Below are positions 54,585-64,000 of a stretch of DNA of 64,000 nt, piece by piece. Made by a program: the position numbers and the translations under genes. Origin of the DNA: Eledone cirrhosa. Its lineage: Eukaryota. Every line of letters begins with the position of its first letter. Within the stretch, counting starts at the first letter, position 1. The notes below the pieces were generated by a model that worked only from the letters and a program-made list of their open reading frames with translations, ran no database searches and had not been told where the DNA came from. The stretch is taken from the NCBI GenBank assembly GCA_964016885.1, contig OZ024740.1, positions 146,940,001 to 147,004,000 of the forward strand, in the 5' to 3' direction.

Positions 54585-57500
54585 TGTGTGTCTGTGTCTC
54601 CGTGTTTGTCTCCGTGTTTGTCTCCGTGTTTGTCTCCGTGTTTGTCTCCGTGTTTGTCTCCGTGTTTGTCTCCGTGTTTGTCTCCGTGTTTGTCTCCGTG
54701 TTTGTCTCCGTGTTTGTCTCCGTGTTTGTCTCCGTGTTTGTCTCCGTGTTTGTCTCCGTGTTTGTCTCCGTGTTTGTCTCCGTGTTTGTCTCCGTGTTTG
54801 TCTCCGTGTTTGTCTCTCTGTGTTTGTCTCTCTGTGTTTGTCTCTCTGTGTTTGTCTCTCTGTGTCTGTCTCTCTGTGTCTGTCTCTCTGTGTCTGTCTC
54901 TCTGTGTCTGTCTCTGTCTCCGTGTCTGTCTCCGTGTCTGTCTCCGTGTCTGTCTCCGTGTCTGTCTCTGTCTCTGTGTCTGTCTCTGTCTCTGTGTCAG
55001 TGTCTGTCTCTGTCTCTGTGTCAGTGCCTGTCTCTGTCTCTGTGTCAGTGTCTGTGTCAGTGTCTGTATCAGTGTCTGTGTCAGTGTCTGTATCAGTGTG
55101 TGTATCAGTGTGTGTATGAAGTGTGTGTATCAGTGTGTGTATCAGTGTGTGTGTCTGTGTCTGTGTGTGTGTGGCTGTGTCTATCTGTCTGTCTGTGTGT
55201 GTGTGTGTGTGTGAATGTCTGTGTCTGTATGTGTGTGTGACTGTGTCTGTCTGTCTGTGTGACTGTGTCTGTCTGTGTGTGTGACTGTGTCTGCATGACT
55301 GTCTGTGTCTGTCTGTGTCTCTGTCTGTCTCTCTGTCTGTCTCTCTGTCTGTGTCTCTCTGTCTGTGTCTCTCTGTCTGTGTCTCTCTGTCTGTGTCTCT
55401 CTGTGTCTGTCTCTCTGTGTCTGTCTCTCCGTCTGTCTCTGTGTCTGTCTCTGCCTCTGTCTCTGTGTCTGTCTCTGTGTCTGTCTCTGCGTCTGTCTCT
55501 GTGTCTGTCTCTGCGTCTGTCTCTGTGTCTGTCTCTGCCTCTGTCTCTGTGTCTGTCTCTGCATCTGTCTCTGTCTCTACGTCTGTCTTGGTGTCTGTGT
55601 CTGTCTCTGTGTCTGCGTCTGTCTCTGTGTCTGTGTCTGTGTCTGTGTCTGTCTCTGTGTCTGTCTCTGTCTCTGCGTCTGTCTCTGCGTCTGTCTCTGC
55701 GTCTGTCTCTGCGTCTGTCTCTGCGTCTGTCTCTGCGTCTGTCTCTGCGTCTGTCTCTGCGTCTGTCTCTGCGTCTGTCTCTGCGCCTGTCTCTGCGCCT
55801 GTCTCTGTGTCTGTGTCTGTGTCTGTGTCTGTGTCTGTCTCTGTCTCTGTGTCTGTCTCTGTGTCTGTCTCTACGTCTGTCTCTGCGTCTGTGTCTGCGT
55901 CTGTGTCTGTCTCTGTGTCTGTCTCTGTGTCCGTCTCTGTGTCCGTCTCTGTGTCCGTCTCTGTGTCCGTCTCTGTCTCTGTCTCTGTGTCTGTCTCTGT
56001 GTCTCTCTCTGTGTCTGTCTCTGTGTCTGTCTCTGTCTCTGTCTCTGTCTCTGCGTCTGTCTCTGCGTCTGTCTCTGCGTCTGTCTCGTCTGTCTCTGCG
56101 TCTGTCTCTGCGTCTGTCTCTGCGTCTGTCTCTGCGTCTGTCTCTGCGTCTGTCTCTGCGTCTGTCTCTGCGTCTGTCTCTGCGTCTGTCTCTGTGTCCG
56201 TCTCTGCGTCTGTCTCTACGTCTGTCTCTGCGTCCGTCTCTGCACCCGTCTCTGCGTCCGTCTCTGCCTCCGTGGCTGTCTCCGTGTCTGTCTCTGTGTC
56301 TGTCTCTGTGTCTGTCTCTGTGTCTGTCTCTGTGTCTGTCTGTCTCTGCGTCTGTCTCTGCGTCTGTCTCTGCGTCTGTCTCTGCGTCTGTCTCTGCGTC
56401 TGTCTCTGCGTCTGTCTCTGTGTCTGTCTCTGTGTCTGTCTCTGTGTCTGTCTCTGTGTCTGTCTCTGCGTCTGTCTCTGCGTCTGTCTCTGCGTCTGTC
56501 TCTGCGTCTGTCTCTGCGTCTGTCTCTGCGTCTGTCTCTGCGTCTGTCTCTGCGTCTGTCTCTGTGTCTGTCTCTGTGTCTGTCTCTGTGTCTGTCTCTG
56601 TGTCTGTCTCTGTGTCTGTCTCTGTGTCTGTCTCTGTGTCTGTCTCTGTGTCTGTCTCTGTGTCTGTCTCTGTGTCTGTCTCTGTGTCTGTCTCTGTCTC
56701 TGTCTCTGTCTCTGTGTCTGTGTCTGTCTCTGTGTCTGTCTCTGTATCTATCTCTGTGTCTGTCAGTCTCTGTGTCTGTGTCTGTGTATGTGTCTGTGTC
56801 TGTCTCTGCGTCTGTCTCTGCGTCTGTCACGTCTGTCTCTGCGTCTGTCTCTGCGTCTGTCACTGCGTCTGTCTCTGCGTCTGTCTCTGAGTCTGTCTCT
56901 CCGTCTGTCTCTCCGTCTGTCTCTGCGTCCGTCTCTGCGTCCGTCTCTGCGTCCGTCTCTGCGTCCGTCTCTGCGTCCGTCTCTGCGTCCGTCTCTGCGT
57001 CCGTCTCTGCGTCTGTCTCTACGTCTCTGTGTCTGTCTCTGTGTCTGTCTCTGTGTCTGTCTCTGTGTCTGTCTCTGCGTCTGCGTCTGCGTCTGTCTCT
57101 GCGTCTGTCTCTGCGTCTGTCTCTGCGTCTGTCTCTGCGTCTGTCTCTGCGTCTGTCTCTGCGTCTGTCTCTGCGTCTGTCTCTGCGTCTGTCTCTGCGT
57201 CTGTCTCTGCGTCTGTCTCTGCGTCTGTCTCTGCGTCTGTCTCTGCGTCTGTCTCTGCCTCTGTCTCTGTCTCTGCGTCTGTCTCTGCGTCTGTCTCTGC
57301 GTCTGTCTCTGCGTCTGTCTCTGCGTCTGTCTCTGCGTCTGTCTCTGCGTCTGCGTCTGCCTCTGCGTCTGCCTCTGCGTCTGTCTCTGTCTCTGTCTCT
57401 GCCTCTGTCTCTGCCTCTTCGTCTGTCTCTGCGTCTGTCTCTGCGTCTGTCTCTGCGTCTGTCTCTGCGTCTGTCTCTGCGTCTGCCTCTGCGTCTGCCT

Positions 57501-60500
57501 CTGCGTCTGCCTCTGCGTCTGCCTCTGCGTCTGCCTCTGCGTCTGCCTCTGCGTCTGCCTCTGCGTCTGCCTCTGCGTCTGCCTCTGCGTCTGCCTCTGC
57601 GTCTGTCTCTGCGTCTGTCTCTGCGTCTGTCTCTGCGTCTGTCTCTGTGTCTGTCTCTGTGTCTGTCTCTGTGTCTGTCTCTGTGTCTGTCTCTGTGTCT
57701 GTCTCTGTGTCTGTCTCTGTCTCTACGTCTGTCTCTGCGTCTGTCTCTGCGTCTGTCTCTGCGTCTGCGTCTGTCTCTGCGTCTCTCTCTGCGTCTGTCT
57801 CTGTGTCTGTCTCTGTGTCTGTCTCTGTGTCTGTCTCTGTGTCTGTCTCTGTGTCTGTCTCTGTGTCTGTCCCTGTGTCTGTCCCTGTGTCTGTCTCTGT
57901 CTCTGTCTCTGTCTCTGTGTCTGTCTCTGTGTCTGTCTCTGTGTCTGTCTCTGTGTCTGTCTCTGTGTCTGTCTCTGTGTCTGTCTCTGTGTCTGTCTCT
58001 GTGTCTGTCTCTGTGTCTGTCTCTGTGTCTGTCTCTGTGTCTGTCTCTGTGTCTGTCTCTGTGTCTGTCTCTGTGTCTGTCTCTGCGTCTGTCTCTGCGT
58101 CTGTCTCTGCGTCTGTCTCTGTGTCCGTCTCTGTCTCTGTCTCTGTGTCTGTCTCTGTGTCTGTGTCTGTCTCTGTCTCTGCGTCTGTCTCTCCGTCTGT
58201 CTCTGCGTCCGTCTCTGCGTCCGTCTCTGCGTCCGTCTCTGCGTCCGTCTCTGCGTCCGTCTCTGCGTCCGTCTCTGCGTCCGTCTCTGCGTCTGTCTCT
58301 ACGTCTCTGTGTCTGTCTCTGTGTCTGTCTCTGTGTCTGTCTCTGTGTCTGTCTCTGCGTCTGCGTCTGCGTCTGTCTCTGCGTCTGTCTCTGCGTCTGT
58401 CTCTGCGTCTGTCTCTGCGTCTGTCTCTGCGTCTGTCTCTGCGTCTGTCTCTGCGTCTGTCTCTGCGTCTGTCTCTGCGTCTGTCTCTGCGTCTGTCTCT
58501 GCGTCTGTCTCTGCGTCTGTCTCTGCCTCTGTCTCTGTCTCTGCGTCTGTCTCTGCGTCTGTCTCTCCGTCTGTCTCTGCGTCCGTCTCTGCGTCCGTCT
58601 CTGCGTCCGTCTCTGCGTCCGTCTCTGCGTCCGTCTCTGCGTCCGTCTCTGCGTCCGTCTCTGCGTCTGTCTCTACGTCTCTGTGTCTGTCTCTGTGTCT
58701 GTCTCTGTGTCTGTCTCTGTGTCTGTCTCTGCGTCTGCGTCTGCGTCTGTCTCTGCGTCTGTCTCTGCGTCTGTCTCTGCGTCTGTCTCTGCGTCTGTCT
58801 CTGCGTCTGTCTCTGCGTCTGTCTCTGCGTCTGTCTCTGCGTCTGTCTCTGCGTCTGTCTCTGCGTCTGTCTCTGCGTCTGTCTCTGCGTCTGTCTCTGC
58901 GTCTGTCTCTGCCTCTGTCTCTGCCTCTTCGTCTGTCTCTGCGTCTGTCTCTGCGTCTGTCTCTGCGTCTGTCTCTGCGTCTGTCTCTGCGTCTGCCTCT
59001 GCGTCTGCCTCTGCGTCTGCCTCTGCGTCTGCCTCTGCGTCTGCCTCTGCGTCTGCCTCTGCGTCTGCCTCTGCGTCTGCCTCTGCGTCTGCCTCTGCGT
59101 CTGCCTCTGCGTCTGTCTCTGCGTCTGTCTCTGCGTCTGTCTCTGCGTCTGTCTCTGTGTCTGTCTCTGTGTCTGTCTCTGTGTCTGTCTCTGTGTCTGT
59201 CTCTGTGTCTGTCTCTGTCTCTACGTCTGTCTCTGCGTCTGTCTCTGCGTCTGTCTCTGCGTCTGCGTCTGTCTCTGCGTCTCTCTCTGCGTCTGTCTCT
59301 GTGTCTGTCTCTGTGTCTGTCTCTGTGTCTGTCTCTGTGTCTGTCTCTGTGTCTGTCTCTGTGTCTGTCCCTGTGTCTGTCCCTGTGTCTGTCTCTGTCT
59401 CTGTCTCTGTCTCTGTGTCTGTCTCTGTGTCTGTCTCTGTGTCTGTCTCTGTGTCTGTCTCTGTGTCTGTCTCTGTGTCTGTCTCTGTGTCTGTCTCTGT
59501 GTCTGTCTCTGTGTCTGTCTCTGTGTCTGTCTCTGTGTCTGTCTCTGTGTCTGTCTCTGTGTCTGTCTCTGTGTCTGTCTCTGCGTCTGTCTCTGCGTCT
59601 GTCTCTGCGTCTGTCTCTGTGTCCGTCTCTGTCTCTGTCTCTGTGTCTGTCTCTGTGTCTGTGTCTGTCTCTGTCTCAACGTCTGTCCCTGCGTCTGTCT
59701 CTGCGTCTGTCTCTGCGTCTGTCTCTGCGTCTGTCTCTGCGTCTGTCTCTGCGTCTGTCTCTGCGTCTGTCTCTACGTCTGTCTCTGCGTCTGTCTCTGC
59801 GTCTGTCTCTGCGTCCGTCTCTGCGTCCGTCTCTGCGTCCGTCTCTGCGTCCGTCTCTGCGTCCGTCTCTGCGTCCGTCTCTGCGTCCGTCTCTGTGTCC
59901 GTCTCTGTGTCTGTCTCTGTGTCTGTCTCTGTGTCTGTCACTGTGTCTGTCTCTCCGTCTGTCTCTGTGTCTGTCTCTGCGTCTGTCTCTGCGTCTGTCT
60001 CTGCGTCTGTCTCTGTGTCTCTGTGTCTGTCTCTGCGTCTGTCTCTGCCTCTGTCTCTGCCTCTGTGTCTGCCTCTGTGTCTGTCTCTGTGTCTGTCTCT
60101 GTGTCTGTCTCTGTGTCTGTCTCTCCGTCTGTCTCTGTGTCTGTCTCTTCGTCTGTCTCTTCGTCTGTCTCTGCGTCTGTCTCTGCGTCTGTCTCTGCGT
60201 CTGTCTCTGCGTCTGTCTCTGCGTCTGTCTCTGCGTCTGTCTCTGCGTCTGTCTCTGCGTCTGTCTCTGCGTCTGTCTCTGCGTCTGTCTCTGCGTCTGT
60301 CTCTGCGTCTGTCTCTGCGTCTGTCTCTGCGTCTGTCTCTGCGTCCGTCTCTGTGTCTGTCTCTGTGTCTGTCTCTGTCTCTGTGTCTGTCTCTCCGTCT
60401 GTCTCTCCGTCTGTCTCTGCGTCTGTCTCTGCGTCTGTCTCTGCGTCTGTCTCTGCGCCTGTCTCTGCGCCTGTCTCTGCGCCTGTCTCTGCGCCTGTCT

Positions 60501-63500
60501 CTGCGCCTGTCTCTGCGCCTGTCTCTGCGCCTGTCTCTGCGCCTGTCTCTGCGCCTGTCTCTGCGCCTGTCTCTGCGCCTGTCTCTGCGTCTGTCTCTGC
60601 GTCTGTCTCTGCGTCTGTCTCTGCGTCTGTCTCTGCGTCTGTCTCTGCGTCTGTCTCTGCGTCTGTCTCTGCGTCTGTCTCTGCGCCTGTCTCTGCCTCT
60701 GTCTCTGCCTCTGTCTCTGCCTCTGTCTCTGCCTCTGTCTCTGCCTCTGTCTCTGCCTCTGTCTCTGCCTCTGTCTCTGCCTCTGTCTCTGCCTCTGTCT
60801 CTGTCTCTGCCTCTGCGTCTGCCTCTGCGTCTGTCTCTGCGTCTGTGTCTGCCTCTGTCTCTGTCTCTGTGTCTGTCTCTGTGTCTGTCTCTGTGTCTGT
60901 CTCTGTGTCTGTCTCTGTGTCTGTCTCTGTGTCTGTCTCTGTGTCTGTCTCTGTGTCTGTCTCTGTGTCTGTCTCTGTGTCTGTCTCTGTGTCTGTGTCT
61001 GTGTCTGTGTCTGTGTCTGTCTCTGTGTCTGTCTCTGCGTCTGTCTCTGCGTCTGTCTCTGTCTCTGCGTCTGTTTCTGCCTCTGCCTCTGTGTCTGCCT
61101 CTGTGTCTGCCTCTGTGTCTGCCTCTGTGTCTGTCTCTGTGTCTGTGTCTGTCTCTGTGTCTGTGTCTGTCTCTGTCTCTGTGTCTGTCTCTGTGTCTGT
61201 CTCTGTGTCTGTGTCTGTCTCTGTGTCTGTGTCTGTCTCTGCCTCTGTGTCTGTCTCTGCCTCTGCGTCTGTTTCTGCCTCTGCCTCTGTGTCTGCCTCT
61301 GTGTCTGCCTCTGTGTCTGCCTCTGTGTCTGCCTCTGTGTCTGTCTCTGTGTCTGTCTCTGTGTCTGTCTCTGTGTCTGTCTCTGTGTCTGTCTCTGTGT
61401 CTGTCTCTGTGTCTGTCTCTGTGTCTGTCTCTGTGTCTGTGTCTGTGTCTGTGTCTGTCTCTGTGTCTGTCTCTGTGTCTGTGTCTGTCTCTGTGTCTGT
61501 GTCTGTGTCTGTCTCTGTGTCTGTGTCTGTGTCTGTCTCTGTGTCTGTGTCTGCGTCTGTCTCTGCGTCTGTCTCTGCGTCTGTCTCTGCGTCTGTCTCT
61601 GCGTCTGTCTCTGTCTCTGCGTCTGTTTCTGCCTCCGCCTCTGCGTCCGCCTCTGCGTCCGCCTCTGCGTCCGCCTCTGCGTCCGCCTCTGCGTCCGCCT
61701 CTGCGTCCGCCTCTGCGTCCGCCTCTGCGTCCGCGTCTGCGTCCGCGTCTGCGTCCGCGTCTGCGTCCGCGTCTGCGTCCGCGTCTGCGTCCGTCTCTGC
61801 GTCTGTGTCTGCCTCTGTGTCTGTCTCTGTGTCTGTGTCTGTGTCTGTGTCTGTGTCTGTGTCTGTGTCTGTCTCTGTGTCTGTCTCTGTGTCTGTCTCT
61901 GTGTCTGTCTCTGTGTCTGTCTCTGTGTCTGTCTCTGTGTCTGTCTCTGCGTCTGTCTCTGCGTCTGTCTCTGCGTCTGTCTCTGCGTCTGTCTCTGCGT
62001 CTGTCTCTCTGTCTCTGTGTCTGTCTCTCTGTCTCTGTGTCTGTCTCTCTGTCTCTGTGTCTGTCTCTGTGTCTGTCTCTGTGTCTGTCTCTGTGTCTGT
62101 CTCTGTGTCTGTCTCTGTGTCTGTCTCTGTGTCTGTCTCTGTCACTGTGTCTGTCTCTGTGTCTGTCTCTGTGTCTGTCTCTGTGTCTGTCTCTGTGTCT
62201 GTCTCTGTGTCTGTCTCTGTCTCTGTCTCTGTCTCTGCGTCTGTCTCTGCGTCTGTCTCTGCGTCTGCGTCTGCGTCTGCGTCTGTCTCTGCCTCTGTGT
62301 CTGCCTCTGTGTCTGCCTCTGTGTCTGCTTCTGTGTCTGTCTCTGTGTCTGTCTCTGTGTCTGTCTCTGTGTCTGTCTCTGTGTCTGTCTCTGTGTCTGT
62401 CTCTGTGTCTGTCTCTGTGTCTGTCTCTGTGTCTGTCTCTGTGTCTGTCTCTGTGTCTGTCTCTGTGTCTGTCTCTGTGTCTGTCTCTGTGTCTGTCTCT
62501 GTGTCTGTGTCCGTCTCTGTGTCCGTCTCTGTGTCCGTCTCTGTGTCCGTCTCTGTGTCCGTCTCTGTGCCCGTCTCTGTGTCCGTCTCTGTGTCCGTCT
62601 CTGTGTCCGTCTCTGTGTCCGTCTCTGTGTCCGTCTCTGTCTCTTTCTCTGTGTCCGTCTCTGTCTCTTTCTCTGTGTCTGTCTCTTTCTCTGTCTCTTT
62701 CTCTGTGTCTGTCTCTGTGTCTGTCTCTGTGTCTGTCTCTGTGTCTGTCTCTGTGTCTGTCTCTGCGTCTGTCTCTGCGTCTGTCTCTGCGTCTGTCTCT
62801 GCGTCTGTCTCTGCGTCTGTCTCTGCGTCTGTCTCTGCGTCTGTCTCTGCGTCTGTCTCTGCGTCTGCCTCTGCGTCTGCCTCTGCCTCTGCCTCTGTCT
62901 CTGCCTCTGCCTCTGCCTCTGCGTCTGTCTCTGCGTCTGTCTCTGCGTCTGTCTCTGTGTCTGTCTCTGTGTCTGTCTCTGTGTCTGTCTCTGTCTCTGT
63001 CTCTGTCTCTGTGTCTGTCTCTGTCTCTGTGTCTGTCTCTGTGTCTGTCTCTGTGTCTGTCTCTGTGTCTGTCTCTGTGTCTGTCTCTGTGTCTGTCTCT
63101 GTGTCTGTCTCTGTGTCTGTCTCTGTGTCTGTCTCTGTGTCTGTCTCTGTGTCTGTCTCTGTGTCTGTCTCTGTGTCTGTCTCTGTGTCTGTCTCTGTGT
63201 CCGTCTCTGTGTCCGTCTCTGTGTCCGTCTCTGTGTCCGTCTCTGTCTCCGTCTCTGTCTCCGTCTCTGTCTCCGTCTCTGTCTCCGTGTCTGTCTCCGT
63301 CTCTGTCTCCGTCTCTGTCTCCGTCTCTGTCTCCGTCTCTGTGTCCGTCTCTGTGTCCGTCTCTGTGTCCGTCTCTGTGTCCGTCTCTGTGTCCGTCTCT
63401 GTGTCTGTCTCTGTGTCTGTCTCTTTCTCTGTCTCTGTGTCTGTCTCTGTGTCTGTCTCTGTGTCTGTCTCTGTGTCTGTCTCTGTGTCTGTCTCTGTGT

Positions 63501-64000
63501 CTGTCTCTGTGTCTGTCTCTGTGTCTGTCTCTGTGTCTGTCTCTGTGTCTGTGTCCGTCTCTGTGTCCGTCTCTGTGTCCGTCTCTGTGTCCGTCTCTGT
63601 CTCCGTGTCTGTCTCCGTGTCTGTCTCCGTGTCTGTCTCCGTGTCTGTCTCCGTGTCTGTCTCCGTGTCTGTCTCTGTCTCTGCGTCTGTCTCTGCGTCT
63701 GTCTCTGTGTCTGTCTCTGTGTCTCTGTGTCTGTCTCTGTGTCTGTCTCTGTGTCTGTGTCTGTGTCTGTGTCTGTGTCTGTGTCTGTCTCTGTGTCTGT
63801 CTCTGTGTCTGTCTCTGTGTCTGTCTCTGCGTCTGTCTCTGCGTCTGTCTCTGCGTCTGTCTCTGCGTCTGTCTCTGCGTCTGTCTCTGCGTCTGTCTCT
63901 GCGTCTGTCTCTGCGTCTGTCTCTGCGTCTGTCTCTGCGTCTGTCTCTGCGTCTGTCTCTCTGTCTCTGTGTCTGTCTCTCTGTCTCTGTGTCTGTCTCT
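54585..64000. repeat. >9.4-kb satellite of 6/12-bp units (GTCTCT with GTGTCT/GCGTCT/GCCTCT/GCGTCC variants), running off the window end
   Basis: Direct inspection; almost no A on the plus strand; blocks of variant 12-mers. Confidence 0.97.

Noticed and set aside
54483-62145. Long [12 protein letters not shown] and SVSV ORFs (up to 735 aa)
   Set aside because: One strand lacks A and the other lacks T, so stop codons cannot form; frames shift freely. Satellite artefact.

Overview
Repeat-saturated animal genomic DNA, most likely a coleoid cephalopod such as an octopus (inferred from the SINE/RTE repertoire and dense (TA)n/(CA)n tracts; not verified by search). No intact host gene is present. 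One credible 162-bp phase 1-1 cysteine-rich exon lies on the minus strand (54258-54419), so much of the window is probably intronic or flanking sequence. Recognisable elements: several decayed LINEs (CR1/L2-like and RTE-like), four Penelope-like GIY-YIG fragments, two non-autonomous Helitrons, a full-length DD36E Tc1-like transposon, a DD37D maT-like transposon, an 88-bp hAT-like MITE, SINEs and a >9.4-kb GTCTCT-based satellite. The ORF track misses the main signal, which is RNA-level. Reading by eye gives about 16 type I hammerhead ribozyme motifs with intact cores from about 9 unrelated sequence families, plus degenerate ones. They sit in short non-coding elements inserted in (TA)n, and many form fold-back palindromes, some of which turn inside the ribozyme itself. 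The best case is a near-identical ~629-bp non-coding tandem array (9984-12110) with one complete hammerhead per unit, resembling an unusually long retrozyme. Ribozyme folds were assigned by manual base pairing and none has been tested.
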